A stretch of DNA of 64,000 bases from an uncultured Desulfobacteraceae bacterium (GTDB lineage: Bacteria > Desulfobacterota > Desulfobacteria > Desulfobacterales > UBA2174): NCBI GenBank assembly GCA_937982505.1, contig CALJLV010000084.1:4826-68825 (forward strand). Reading direction: 5' to 3'. The position numbers and the translations under genes are program-made. Shown piece by piece: positions 17,915-27,345 of this stretch. The number at the start of each line of letters is the position of its first letter. Positions within the stretch are counted from its first letter, which is position 1. The notes below the pieces were generated by a model. That model saw only the letters and a list, made by a program, of their open reading frames with translations. It was not told where the DNA came from and searched no databases.

Positions 17915-18847
17915 ATGACGACCAATCATCTTCGAACCGGGCTGCTGCTGGCCGCCATGACCGCCCTGATCCTGGTCGTCGGCCAGCTCGTGGGCGGCCG
18001 CCAGGGAATGATCGTGGCCCTGGTGCTGGCCGCCGGGATGAATTTTGCCAGCTACTGGTACTCGGACAAGATCGTGCTGGGAATGTACCGCGCCCGACCC
18101 GTTACCGCCGCGCAGGCCCCCGAACTCTATGCGTTGACCGAGGCCCTCTCCCGCCGGGCAGGACTGCCCATGCCCCGGCTCTACCTGATTCCGGATCCGA
18201 CCCCCAATGCCTTTGCCACCGGACGGAACCCGGAACATGCGGTGGTGGCCGTCACCGAGGGACTGGTGCGCCTGATGGACCGCGAGGAGATCGCCGGTGT
18301 TCTGGCGCACGAGCTGGCGCACGTGCGCAATCGGGACATCCTGGTGGGCAGCATCGCCGCCACCCTGGCCGGTGCCATCATGATGCTGGCCAGCATGGCG
18401 CGCTGGAGCGCCCTTTTCGGCGGTCACCGTAACGATAACAACGGAGGCGGTCTGGGAGGCCTCGGATTGATCCTCATGTCCGTGATCGCCCCCCTGGCCG
18501 CCATGGTGATCCAGATGGCCATCTCCCGTTCCCGCGAGTACCTGGCAGATCGCACCGGCGCCGCGATTTCAGGGTCCAGTGAAGGACTGGCGCGGGCCCT
18601 GGAAAAGCTGGGCGCGCATGCCCGGGGCTCCCGCCCCATGGCCGCCAACGCGGCCACGGCCCACATGTTCATCGTCAACCCGCTTTCGGGCGGAAGCCTG
18701 GCGAGCCTGTTTTCCACCCATCCCCCCCTGGCCGAGCGCATCGCCCGGCTGCGGGGGCACGACACCCAAACGGCGCCGCCGTCCGCCCCCCAGGGCCAGA
18801 CCATGGCCCGCAGCGGCCGGGATTTCTGGGATCGGTTTTCACGCTAG
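17915..18847 (+). CDS. htpX: zinc metalloprotease HtpX (peptidase M48)
   Basis: ORF 17825..18847 trimmed to ATG 17915 (SD AAGGAGAA). Motifs: MTTNHLRTGLLLAAMTALILVVGQL..., PNAFATGRNPEHAVV, HExxH motif HELAHVRNRD, C-terminal STHPPLAERIARL. Confidence 0.92.
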   Translation: MTTNHLRTGLLLAAMTALILVVGQLVGGRQGMIVALVLAAGMNFASYWYSDKIVLGMYRARPVTAAQAPELYALTEALSRRAGLPMPRLYLIPDPTPNAFATGRNPEHAVVAVTEGLVRLMDREEIAGVLAHELAHVRNRDILVGSIAATLAGAIMMLASMARWSALFGGHRNDNNGGGLGGLGLILMSVIAPLAAMVIQMAISRSREYLADRTGAAISGSSEGLARALEKLGAHARGSRPMAANAATAHMFIVNPLSGGSLASLFSTHPPLAERIARLRGHDTQTAPPSAPQGQTMARSGRDFWDRFSR

Positions 18848-18945
18848 CCCGTGCAAGGATCGGGCGCGGCGGTCCGCACCCGGCGGAAGCCCACCTCCTG
18901 GTGCGGCACAACACATCACCTCAACACGCAAAGGATCAATTCCGG

Positions 18946-19596
18946 ATGGGCATTCAGGAGCGCAAGGAAAGAGAGCGCGAACGGCGCCGGCAGGATATCA
19001 TGGTGGCCGCACGCCGCGTGTTCAGCACCAAAGGGTATGAGAAGGCCACCATGGAAGATATCGCCCGGGAGGTGGAACTGAGCCCCGGCACCCTCTATCT
19101 GTACTTCAAGAACAAAGACGACTTATACGCCTCGCTCAATTTGCGGGTGCTGCAGTTCCTGTCCGTCAAGCTCGACCATGCCCTTTCCGAGCCGGCGCTG
19201 GATCTAGACGGCAAACTAGACCGGCTGATGGCGGCCATGATGGCGGTCTATGAATTCGACCCGTTGATCCTCAACAACGTTTTCCATCTCCAGTCGAGCG
19301 AAACGCTCAACAACATCTCGCCTGAACTGCTCGAGGAGATCAACGCCCTGAGTCGTGCGGCCCTGCGCAGTGTGGCGGGGATGTTCGCCGCCGAGATCGA
19401 AAAAGGGACCCTCATCGATGCCAATCCCACCGCCCTGGCCGACCTGCTCTGGGGCCTGTTTTCAGGCATCGCCCTGTGGGAGGAGACCAAGCGCATGGTC
19501 AATCCCGACCGCTACCAGTTTGAAAAGAATATCCGAACCGGATTTGACCTGTTGCGCCGCGGGCTGCAGAAAAGGCCCCGGCCGGTCTCCGGTTGA
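18946..19596 (+). CDS. TetR/AcrR-family transcriptional regulator
   Basis: ORF trimmed to ATG 18946. N-terminal HTH RRQDIMVAARRVFSTKGYEKATMEDIAREVELSPGTLYLYFKNKDDLY is the classical TetR signature. Confidence 0.9.
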   Translation: MGIQERKERERERRRQDIMVAARRVFSTKGYEKATMEDIAREVELSPGTLYLYFKNKDDLYASLNLRVLQFLSVKLDHALSEPALDLDGKLDRLMAAMMAVYEFDPLILNNVFHLQSSETLNNISPELLEEINALSRAALRSVAGMFAAEIEKGTLIDANPTALADLLWGLFSGIALWEETKRMVNPDRYQFEKNIRTGFDLLRRGLQKRPRPVSG

Positions 19597-19756
19597 ACAA
19601 GGCCGGGCGGTGCCCCGGTGCGCGCTCAGAATCCATTTGACAGCCGCCCCCCAAAGCCCCTAAGCTTGAACAGCGGCGATGGATGGGAACGCGCCAGCGG
19701 AAAGGTGCCCCGCGATGCCTGCAACGCCCTTCTTTTTTCGGTTGGATGCCATGCGC

Positions 19757-19805
19757 ACGCCCCCGGGTGCGGACCCGATCCGCGCCGGGGGCGTTTCGCG
19801 TCTTT
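19757..19805 (+). terminator. GC-rich stem-loop plus T-rich tail between the tetR-family gene and dodecin (terminator or attenuator candidate)
   Basis: ACGCCCCCGG ... CCGGGGGCGT (10-bp stem enclosing a smaller GCGGA/TCCGC hairpin), followed by TTTCGCGTCTTTCC. Confidence 0.35.
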
Positions 19806-19875
19806 CCCCTGCCCCTGCGGCGACACCGCAAGCCAGGGATCCGCGCACAACCCCTTAACGAGAGGAGGTCGACTG

Positions 19876-20085
19876 ATGAGCGGCAGCGTTTACAAGATCA
19901 TCGAGCTGGTGGGAACGAGCGACAAGTCCTGGGAAGACGCCGCCGCCCGAGCGGTGGAAACCGCAGGCAAGAGCCTGCGGGATCTGCGGGTGGCCGAAGT
20001 GACCAAGATGGACATGACCATTGAAAACGGCAAGATACTGCGCTACCGGGCCCGGGTGGCCCTTTCTTTCAAGTACGAAGACTAA
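19876..20085 (+). CDS. dodecin-family flavin-binding protein
   Basis: ORF 19618..20085 trimmed to ATG 19876 (SD GAGGAGG). 69 aa: MSGSVYKIIELVGTSDKSWEDAAARAVETAGKSLRDLRVAEVTKMDMTIENGKILRYRARVALSFKYED. Matches dodecin length and pattern. Confidence 0.88.
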   Translation: MSGSVYKIIELVGTSDKSWEDAAARAVETAGKSLRDLRVAEVTKMDMTIENGKILRYRARVALSFKYED

Positions 20086-20135
20086 AAAAAGGGGGTCGCT
20101 GCTTGAAAAAATGCAGCGACCCCTTTTTTGTATTT
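20084..20135. terminator. bidirectional rho-independent terminator (dodecin on +, tRNA-Val on -)
   Basis: AAAAAAA-GGGGGTCGCTGC-TTGAAAAAAT-GCAGCGACCCC-TTTTTTG. A 11-12 bp GC stem flanked by an A-run and a T-run, so it can terminate both convergent transcripts. Confidence 0.85.
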
Positions 20136-20210
20136 TGGTGGGCGGTACAGGATTTGAACCTGTGACTTCCACCGTGTGAAGGTGGCACTCTCCCGCTGAG
20201 TTAACCGCCC
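20136..20210 (-). tRNA. tRNA-Val (anticodon CAC), CCA end encoded
   Basis: Reverse complement GGGCGGTTAACTCAGCGGGAGAGTGCCACCTTCACACGGTGGAAGTCACAGGTTCAAATCCTGTACCGCCCACCA folds as a 75-nt cloverleaf. It has a 7-bp acceptor stem, 4-bp D stem, anticodon stem CCACC/GGTGG with loop TTCACAC (anticodon CAC), and a T-arm ACAGG-TTCAAAT-CCTGT. Confidence 0.95.
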
Positions 20211-20218
20211 GAACTGAT

Positions 20219-20494
20219 TCAGGAATCGACTTTTTCTTTCAGCTCCTTGCCCACTTTGAAGAAGGGCAGCCGCTTGGAGGGGACCTCGATCTGCCGTCCT
20301 GTTTTGGGATTTCGCCCCGTGTAGGCCTTGTACTCCTTTACCGAGAAGCTTCCGAACCCTCTGATCTCCACACGATCACCCTCGCCCATGGCTTCCGTGA
20401 CGGCGCCGAAAAACTGCTCCACCACCATCTCGGCGTCCTTGCGGCTCAGGCCGGTATAATCCTTCAAGGCATTGATCAGGTTGGACTTGTTCAT
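20219..20494 (-). CDS. ihfB: integration host factor beta-like protein (HU/IHF family)
   Basis: ORF 20219..20635 trimmed to ATG 20494. 91 aa: MNKSNLINALKDYTGLSRKDAEMVVEQFFGAVTEAMGEGDRVEIRGFGSFSVKEYKAYTGRNPKTGRQIEVPSKRLPFFKVGKELKEKV. The RVEIRGFGSF...GRNPKTG pattern resembles IhfB. Confidence 0.85.
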   Translation of the reverse strand: MNKSNLINALKDYTGLSRKDAEMVVEQFFGAVTEAMGEGDRVEIRGFGSFSVKEYKAYTGRNPKTGRQIEVPSKRLPFFKVGKELKEKVDS

Positions 20495-20567
20495 ACCCGC
20501 TCCCCCGGCGCCCCGCTTGGGTACCGGTTCAAATTCGGCGCTACTATGGAGGTTGTAGGGGTCAAAG

Positions 20568-21173
20568 TCAAGGCTTTTTTCCGCTCTCCTGGAGCGGCAC
20601 GGATTCCTGGCAATCCGCAGCAGAACCGGTGGCAACCGGCTGCCCCGGGTCGCTGGAGAGCTCCTTGATCTCCTTGAGGGTCGGCAGGTCCTTGAGGTCC
20701 CGCAACTCGAAAACTTCCAGGAAGATGCGGGTCGTGCCGTAGAGCAGGGGCCGCCCCGGGATCTCGCGCCGCCCCATCACCCGAATCAGGCGGCGTTCGA
20801 GGAGCATCCGCAGCACCCCGCCGCAATCCACCCCGCGCACCGCCTCGATTTCGGCGCGCACCACCGGCTGGCGATAGGCCACGATGGCCAGGGTTTCCAG
20901 AGCTGCACGGCTCAGCCGCGGGGCCCCGATTCCCCTGAGGCGCCGGATCCAGGGGTGAAAGCGGGGCCGGCTGCGCAGCTGGTAGCCGCCCGCCACCTGC
21001 TGCAGATAGAAGCCGCCGCCCCGATTTTCATATTCCTCGGCCAAGGATTCCAGGGCGCGGCGCAGCCCCTCCTGATCACCGGTGCCGATGACCTCGGCCA
21101 GGGTTCCGAGGTTCAACGGTCCTTCGGCCGCAAAGAGCAGTCCTTCAAGGATGGCGCCAAGATCTTCGCTCAT
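20568..21173 (-). CDS. scpB: segregation and condensation protein B
   Basis: 201 aa: ILEGLLFAAEGPLNLGTLAEV ... LSRAALETLAIVAYRQPVVRAEIEAVRGVDCGGVLRMLLERRLI ... GRPLLYGTTRIFLEVFEL. Canonical ScpB winged-helix repeats. Confidence 0.92.
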   Translation of the reverse strand: MSEDLGAILEGLLFAAEGPLNLGTLAEVIGTGDQEGLRRALESLAEEYENRGGGFYLQQVAGGYQLRSRPRFHPWIRRLRGIGAPRLSRAALETLAIVAYRQPVVRAEIEAVRGVDCGGVLRMLLERRLIRVMGRREIPGRPLLYGTTRIFLEVFELRDLKDLPTLKEIKELSSDPGQPVATGSAADCQESVPLQESGKKP

Positions 21174-21898
21174 CGATAGAAGATCCGGATGATCCCCGTC
21201 TGAGAGGATTGGACGATCTCGATCAATTCCAGCCGGGCCATTTCCAGCACGGCCAGAAAGGTCACGATGACCTCGACGCGATGGGCCGTGGCCTGGAAAA
21301 GTTCGTCAAAGGCCAGAGAGCCGGCGTCTTCCAACAAATCCACGATCTGGCCGATGCGCTCCTTGATGGAAATCGTATCGGCCTGCAAATCCACTTGGTG
21401 GGCCGGACCGATCCGCTCGATCACCTGTTGAAAGGCCTCGATGAGTTCGAAAAGGCCGACCCGAATCATGCTCGGATCGGGGTCCCACTCGTGCTCATCC
21501 CTAGCGGTCGGATGGGTAAAGGTCTGTTCGCCCAGGATGCTGCGCCGGGCCAGGGCTTCGGCGGCGGCCTTCATCTGCATGTATTCGGCCAGGGGCCGGA
21601 CGATGGCCAGGCGGGGATCTTCCGCTTCCGGGTCACCTTCCCCGTGGGCTGGCAGGAGCATGCGCGACTTGATCTGGGCCAGGGTGGCGGCCATCACCAG
21701 AAAATCGCCGGCCAGATCGATGTTCAAGGCTTTCATCCAATCCAGGTACTGCAGGTACTGCTCGGTGATCAGTCCGATGGGGATATCGTAAATGTCCAGC
21801 TCATGCTTGCGGATGAGATGGACCAGAAGGTCCATCGGGCCTTCGAAGACATTCTCCACACGCACGGCATAGGTCTGCGGATCCATGGCCTCCCACAC
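21170..21898 (-). CDS. scpA: segregation and condensation protein A (kleisin)
   Basis: 242 aa: FEGPMDLLVHLIRKHELDIYDIPIGLITEQYLQYL ... AGDFLVMAATLAQIKSRMLLP. ATGA-type overlap with scpB (21170-21173). Confidence 0.92.
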   Translation of the reverse strand: MWEAMDPQTYAVRVENVFEGPMDLLVHLIRKHELDIYDIPIGLITEQYLQYLDWMKALNIDLAGDFLVMAATLAQIKSRMLLPAHGEGDPEAEDPRLAIVRPLAEYMQMKAAAEALARRSILGEQTFTHPTARDEHEWDPDPSMIRVGLFELIEAFQQVIERIGPAHQVDLQADTISIKERIGQIVDLLEDAGSLAFDELFQATAHRVEVIVTFLAVLEMARLELIEIVQSSQTGIIRIFYR

Positions 21899-21922
21899 CG
21901 CCTCCGGCCCTGGCCGAAAGGC

Positions 21923-22936
21923 TCAGCCGGCCAGAGACCGGATACCCACCGCCCGGCGCACCGACTCGAGCATCGGCCGGCTGTGGGCCCGGGCCTTTTC
22001 GGCCCCCTGGCGCAGCAGCCGCTCCACATGCCCCGGATCGGCCAGCAAGGCCTCATAGCGACGCCGGGGTTCGGACAGATGGGCATCGAGATAGGCGAAA
22101 AGTATCTGCTTCATCTCTCCCCAGCCGATTCCCCCCGCGTAGCGCTCGCGCAGTTCGAGGGCTTCCGGCGGGGTGGCAAAGGCCTGATAGATTTGAAACA
22201 GGGTACAGGTGTCCGGATCTTTGGGGGCCTCGGGCGGCAGGCTGTTGGTGGTGATCTTCATGATCAGCTTACGCAGCTGTTTTTCGGGGGCAAAGAGGGG
22301 AATCGTATTGTGGTAGCTCTTGCTCATCTTGCGCCCGTCCAGACCGGTCAGGACGGCTGTCTGGGCCTGGACCTGGGCTTCGGGCAAAACGAAAAGCTCC
22401 CCGTAGTGGTGGTTGAAGCGCGCCGCGATGTCGCGGGCCATTTCCAGATGCTGAATCTGGTCTCTGCCCACCGGAACCCGATCGGCCTTGAACATCAGGA
22501 TGTCGGCCGCCATCAGAATCGGGTAACAGAACAACCCCATGGAGACGCCGCGGTCCGGATCTCCGTGTCCGGCCGCTTCGTTTTCATCCACGGCGGCCTT
22601 GTAGGCGTGGGCCCGGTTCATCAGGCCCTTGGCGGTCACGCAGGAAAGGACCCAGGTCAGTTCGAGAATTTCGGGAATGTCCGACTGGCGGTAAAAGATG
22701 CTCCGCTCCGTGTCGAGCCCCAGGGCGATCCAGGCCGCCGCCACTTCCAGGCTGGAACGATTCACTTCCCGCGGGTCCTGGCACTTGATGATGGCGTGAT
22801 AGTCGGCCAGAAAGTAGAAGGAGGTGGTTTCCGCGTTGCGGCTGGCGGCAATTGCCGGGCGGATGGCGCCCACGTAGTTGCCCAGGTGAGGCGTCCCGGT
22901 GGTGGTAATCCCGGTCAAAACGATGTGTGAAGTCAT
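21923..22936 (-). CDS. trpS: tryptophan--tRNA ligase
   Basis: 337 aa. HIGH-type motif ([12 protein letters not shown]), [19 protein letters not shown], and KMSKS motif (GRKMSKS). Confidence 0.95.
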   Translation of the reverse strand: MTSHIVLTGITTTGTPHLGNYVGAIRPAIAASRNAETTSFYFLADYHAIIKCQDPREVNRSSLEVAAAWIALGLDTERSIFYRQSDIPEILELTWVLSCVTAKGLMNRAHAYKAAVDENEAAGHGDPDRGVSMGLFCYPILMAADILMFKADRVPVGRDQIQHLEMARDIAARFNHHYGELFVLPEAQVQAQTAVLTGLDGRKMSKSYHNTIPLFAPEKQLRKLIMKITTNSLPPEAPKDPDTCTLFQIYQAFATPPEALELRERYAGGIGWGEMKQILFAYLDAHLSEPRRRYEALLADPGHVERLLRQGAEKARAHSRPMLESVRRAVGIRSLAG

Positions 22937-23023
22937 GCGCGGTCCTGAAATTGGATAGCGGCGCCGGACGAATGTCGAACGGCGGCCGGGTTAGGGGTCA
23001 ATCGGCCTTCCACGCGGTATGGA

Positions 23024-25717
23024 TCACGATATCGGCGGGTTCTGGGCCGCGGCCAGACGCCGGGCCAGGGCCAGTTCATCCTGCGGATCATCCAGCTGGC
23101 CGTTGCGCCTGGCATCCCGCAGGGCATCGAGGATCTGCCGATAGACGGGACCGGGCGCGATGCCCAGCCGTTTGAGATCGGCGCCGGTAACGGTGGGCTG
23201 AACAAAACGCAGACGGGTAACGTACAGGGAAATCGCCCGCTGAACCGCGACCTGCCGTGTGGTGGCCATCATGTAAAGGATCTGTTCGGTGCCGAACTCC
23301 TGCAGCATCCGGCACAGGGCGCTGTTCTCCTCCGGGATCCGCTGCTCGAGCCGATAAAGGACCCGTTGGGCCGTGAGCCGCCCGGGGCCCAGGAGACGCC
23401 GGTGACGCGGCGGCAGGTCGAAGCGGCGGCAGATCTCCTCGGTGACCTCCAGGTTGAAGGAATGCATCAGGGCCATGAAATAAACGGCCCACTTCATATA
23501 AGATTCCTCCAGAAAAAGCAAATCGAACCAGGATTGCACGTCCTTGACCGCCTGGAAGGCCGTGGACAGCTCCGCGGTGAACGTCAAGGAGGGATGGAGC
23601 ACCTTGAGCAGGCCGTAGTCGCCCAGGCGCTTGAGCAGGTCCAGGGGGCTGGCCTCCTCGAACAGCAGACGCAGTTCGGAAAACACCCGCCGGCCGTCCA
23701 GGCGCCTGAAAAAATCCATCCGCACCGCATTTTCGATCAAACCGGCGGTGAGTCGACCGATGGTAAAACCGAAACGCTGCTCGAAGCGGATGGCGCGAAA
23801 AACCCGGGTGGGGTCTTCCACAAAACTCAAGTTGTGCAGGACGCGAATCGTTTTTTCCTTGATATCCTTGAGCGCCGAAAAAAAATCGATCAGGGTGCCG
23901 AAGCGTCGTGGATTGAGCCGGATGGCCAGGGTGTTGATGATGAAATCGCGGCGCGCCAGGTCCATCTTGATGGAGCTCATCTCCACCGTGGGCAGAGCGG
24001 CCGGGACGGTGTAGTACTCCATGCGGGCCGAGGCCACATCGATCTTGTAGGCATCGGGGAAGACCACCACCGCCGTGCCGAATTTCTCGTGGGTGTGGAC
24101 CCGTCCGCCCATGATTTTGGCAAACCGGCGGGCGAAGCGGATCCCGTCGCCCTCGATGACGATGTCCACGTCCTCGTTGGGCCGGTAGAGAAACAGGTCC
24201 CGAACGAACCCGCCCACCACATAGGCGCCACAGTCGAGTTCGTCGGCCACCTCTCCCACCGTCTGGAGGATGTCCATGAGCCGGCGCCCAAGCCGCTCGT
24301 GCATGAACTTCTGGATATTTCGGGTGCGGGCGCCCACCAGCTCACGGAGCGGATCGCCCCCGTCGCCCAGGGTGGCTGGGGCGCTGGGCACCAGCAGGTT
24401 GAGCAGATCGGTGCGTGTCAGCACCCCCACCACCTGCTGCCCGTCGCAGACCGGCAGAATGCGCTGCTTGTGTCCGATGATCTTCTCCTGGATCTCCTGC
24501 AGCTCGGCCTCCGGCCCCACCGAGGCGACTTCCGAATTCATGTAGTCGCGCACCGGCACGTCCTGAAGCCCGTGATAGAGCGCTTTTTCGAGGACCTGGC
24601 GGGTGATGCAGCCCACCAGCGGGTCGCCGGGGGCACCGTGTTCGGTCACCACCAGGGCGTTGATGTTGTAACGCGGAAGCAGCTCGGCGGCCTCACCGCA
24701 GGTGGCGTCGGCCGCCACGAGGATCGGCGGAGCGCTCATCAGATCCCGCGCCCGCCGGCGCGAGCGGATGCTCTGGGCCAGGTTTTCGCGCAACTGCTGC
24801 TCCACCTGCAGCAGGGTCAGATCCCGCACGGTGGCCGAAGCCGCCGATGGGTGCCCGCCGCCGCCCAGGCAGGCCAGCACCGCGTCAACCTCCACTTCCG
24901 GGATGCGGCTGCGCGCGATGACATGCACCTTGTTGTCCATCTGCGCGATGGCAAAGAGCACATCCAGGTTTTCCATGCGCACCATCTTGTGCACCAGAAA
25001 GGCCAGATCCGGCACGTAGCGGTCCGTGCTGATGCGCGTGATGGCCACCTCGATCCCGTTGACCCGGTACCGATCGGCCGCCTGGATCAGGTCGTTGAGC
25101 AGGCCCACCTGTTCCGGGCTGATCTCGCGGGCAATCATCTGTCCCACCGTGTTGAGACTGGCCCCCTGTTCGAGCAGGTAGGCCGCCGCCCGGAAATCCT
25201 CCGCCGTGGTGGATGCGAAGGTGAACGACCCGGTATCCTCGTAGATCCCCAGGCACATGATGGTGGCCTCGTCGCTGCTGATGGAAATGCGGCGCTCGCG
25301 CAGCAGGCCTGTCAGGAGCGTCACGGTGGCCCCGGCCAACCGCTGAATGCCGCCATGGCTGGCGATGTCGTCGGCCCGGGGGGGGTGATGATCGTAGATG
25401 TGGACCTCCAGCCCGGGATTGTCCAGAATGCGGGCCAAGGGACCGAGTCGATTGGCCTGACAGGTGTCCACCAGGACCAGCCGCCTGACGGCGGCCAGGT
25501 CCAGGTCCCGGATCTCGACCATGTTGAACAGATACACCATCGAACTGATGAAAAAATGGCGCAGATTCTTCTCCTGAGAACCCGGAAAGACCACCCGGGC
25601 CTCGGGATACAGCTTCTGCGCCGCGAGCATGGAAGCCATGGCGTCAAAATCGGCGTTGACATGGCTGGTGATCAGCGTCAGCCCGTCACGGGCCGCAGAT
25701 GGGAAAAGGTCGCTCAC
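23024..25717 (-). CDS. multidomain tRNA nucleotidyltransferase (CCA-adding / poly(A) polymerase family) with N-terminal DHH-DHHA1 phosphoesterase and tandem CBS domains
   Basis: 897 aa. DHH-family motifs (HVNADFDAMASM, DHHPP, GGGGHPSAASA), a CBS pair (~res 330-460), and a class-II nucleotidyltransferase head (YVVGGFVRDLFL, DVDIVIEG, RRDFIINTLA, EDPTRVFRAIRFEQRFGF). Confidence 0.88.
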   Translation of the reverse strand: MSDLFPSAARDGLTLITSHVNADFDAMASMLAAQKLYPEARVVFPGSQEKNLRHFFISSMVYLFNMVEIRDLDLAAVRRLVLVDTCQANRLGPLARILDNPGLEVHIYDHHPPRADDIASHGGIQRLAGATVTLLTGLLRERRISISSDEATIMCLGIYEDTGSFTFASTTAEDFRAAAYLLEQGASLNTVGQMIAREISPEQVGLLNDLIQAADRYRVNGIEVAITRISTDRYVPDLAFLVHKMVRMENLDVLFAIAQMDNKVHVIARSRIPEVEVDAVLACLGGGGHPSAASATVRDLTLLQVEQQLRENLAQSIRSRRRARDLMSAPPILVAADATCGEAAELLPRYNINALVVTEHGAPGDPLVGCITRQVLEKALYHGLQDVPVRDYMNSEVASVGPEAELQEIQEKIIGHKQRILPVCDGQQVVGVLTRTDLLNLLVPSAPATLGDGGDPLRELVGARTRNIQKFMHERLGRRLMDILQTVGEVADELDCGAYVVGGFVRDLFLYRPNEDVDIVIEGDGIRFARRFAKIMGGRVHTHEKFGTAVVVFPDAYKIDVASARMEYYTVPAALPTVEMSSIKMDLARRDFIINTLAIRLNPRRFGTLIDFFSALKDIKEKTIRVLHNLSFVEDPTRVFRAIRFEQRFGFTIGRLTAGLIENAVRMDFFRRLDGRRVFSELRLLFEEASPLDLLKRLGDYGLLKVLHPSLTFTAELSTAFQAVKDVQSWFDLLFLEESYMKWAVYFMALMHSFNLEVTEEICRRFDLPPRHRRLLGPGRLTAQRVLYRLEQRIPEENSALCRMLQEFGTEQILYMMATTRQVAVQRAISLYVTRLRFVQPTVTGADLKRLGIAPGPVYRQILDALRDARRNGQLDDPQDELALARRLAAAQNPPIS

Positions 25718-26083
25718 GGCGGTGCTTCCTCCCGGGTAGACATTGGGAAAAAATGTCCGTCGTCATCCGATAGAACGATTATCCATAGGCACAATCGGCA
25801 CCTCGGATCAAGGGCCCCGCGTTGACGGCGGAAGGCGACGGACGGTTCACCGCCCTGCCGAAGCCAAGCCTAATCCCGTTGGCGCGAGCCGCCGCAGACG
25901 CCCGGCGGGGCCGGGCAAGGCCTCGGGCACGTCTGGACAAGGGGCGGAAAAGATTGTAGGATGCATGAATTTCACAAACGACTGCAGCGACTGGCGTGCG
26001 TTCCGGACGGCGGCATGGCGGACGGCCGTTTAAAGACCAAAATGAGGATGCCCGAGGTTCAGGCAACGAAAGGGTGATGGATC

Positions 26084-27295
26084 ATGCCGGTCTACATCTG
26101 GGAAGGCAAGAACCGTAAAAACGAAGCCCAGAAGGGAGAATTCGAGGCCGCCAGCGAAGAGGCCGTCCGTGCCCATCTGATCCGCCTGCGCATCGCGCCC
26201 ACAAGGATCAAAAAAAAGCCCAAGGATCTTTTGGCCAACGTGTCCTGGGCCCAGCCCAAGGTCACCCAGGCCGACGTGATCCTTTTTTGCCGGCAGTTCT
26301 CCACCATGATCGACGCCGGCCTGCCCATCATCCAGTGCCTCGACATCCTGCACCAGCAGCAGGAGAACAAAACCTTCAAGAAGATCCTCAAGGACATCAA
26401 GGACTCGGTCGAAGGCGGACAGACCTTTGCCGAGGCACTGAAAAAATACCCGGCCCAGTTCGATGATCTTTTCGTCAACATGGTGGCCGCCGGCGAGGCG
26501 GGCGGAATCCTGGACACCATCCTCCAACGGCTGTCCACCTATCTCGAGAAGGCCGCCCGCCTGAAAAAAAGGATCAAGGGCGCCATGACCTACCCGGCCA
26601 TCACCCTGGTGGTGGCGGTCATCGTGGTGGCGGTGATCATGGTCTTCGTGATTCCGGTTTTCGAGGAGATGTTCACCGATTTTGGCAGCGCCCTGCCTGC
26701 TCCGACCCAGATCGTGGTGGACCTGAGCCGTTTCGTGCGCGACCAGATCCTCTACATGATCGGCGCCGTGGCGATTTTCGCCTTCGCCGCGCGACGGGTG
26801 CTGAAGACCGAAAAGGGGCGCAGCCTCTTCGATCGCTACATTCTCAACCTGCCGGTCTTCGGCCTGCTGCTGCGCCGGGTGGCGGTGGCCAAGTTTACCC
26901 GCACCATGGGCACGATGCTCGCATCCGGTGTGGCGATCCTGGATGCCCTGGACATCACGGCCAAGACCGCCGGCAACAAGACCGTGGAAGCGGCCATCTA
27001 CAAGGTGCGCCAGGGGATCGCCGAAGGGCGCACCATGAGCGAACCCCTGGCCGAGACCGGGGTTTTCCCCGCCATGGTCTGCCAGATGATCTCCGTCGGG
27101 GAATCCACCGGCGCGCTGGACACCATGCTGGTCAAGATCGCCGATTTTTACGATGAAGAGGTCGATCAGGCCGTGGAAAACCTCACCTCGGCCATCGAAC
27201 CGGTGATGATGGTCTTTATGGGCGTGGTCATCGGCGGCCTGGTGGTTTCGATGTATCTGCCGATATTCAAGATGGCCGGTGCGGTAGCCGGCTGA
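26084..27295 (+). CDS. pilC: type IV pilus assembly platform protein PilC (GspF/T2SSF family)
   Basis: 403 aa with two T2SSF repeats (FCRQFSTMIDAGLPIIQCLDIL...; FTRTMGTMLASGVAILDALDITAKTAGN) and three TM segments. Confidence 0.9.
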   Translation: MPVYIWEGKNRKNEAQKGEFEAASEEAVRAHLIRLRIAPTRIKKKPKDLLANVSWAQPKVTQADVILFCRQFSTMIDAGLPIIQCLDILHQQQENKTFKKILKDIKDSVEGGQTFAEALKKYPAQFDDLFVNMVAAGEAGGILDTILQRLSTYLEKAARLKKRIKGAMTYPAITLVVAVIVVAVIMVFVIPVFEEMFTDFGSALPAPTQIVVDLSRFVRDQILYMIGAVAIFAFAARRVLKTEKGRSLFDRYILNLPVFGLLLRRVAVAKFTRTMGTMLASGVAILDALDITAKTAGNKTVEAAIYKVRQGIAEGRTMSEPLAETGVFPAMVCQMISVGESTGALDTMLVKIADFYDEEVDQAVENLTSAIEPVMMVFMGVVIGGLVVSMYLPIFKMAGAVAG

Positions 27296-27345
27296 GCCCC
27301 TTCCCGGAGGCCCATCCGCGACCGGCCCCAGGGCCGAACACCCCG

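Noticed and set aside
19597-19875. FMN (RFN) riboswitch upstream of the flavin-binding dodecin gene
   Set aside because: The conserved RFN core segments (AGGGCGGGGTGAAATTCCC..., ...CCGACGGT.AAAGTCCGGATG) are not present. Only a generic GC hairpin is seen. A covariance-model scan would be needed to be certain.
20086-20218. tRNA-Val as a possible genomic-island integration site
   Set aside because: No integrase, direct repeat of the tRNA 3' end or foreign-looking DNA flanks it. The neighbours are a terminator and the ihf-scpBA-trpS operon.
21209-25825. 573-aa and 819-aa plus-strand ORFs (21209..22930, 23366..25825)
   Set aside because: They lie opposite trpS/scpA and the cca-like gene, all of which have strong motif support. 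The translations are low-complexity Gly/His/Arg/Pro-rich.
25718-26083. 96-aa ORF (25743..26033) and a 38-codon ORF in the pilC upstream region; possible ncRNA in this 366-bp gap
   Set aside because: The ORFs have Arg/Gly-rich or implausible sequences and no SD. I recognise no known ncRNA motif (SRP, 6S, tmRNA, RNase P). It is most simply a divergent promoter region, with a weak TGGACA-17-TAGGAT match at 25934-25962.
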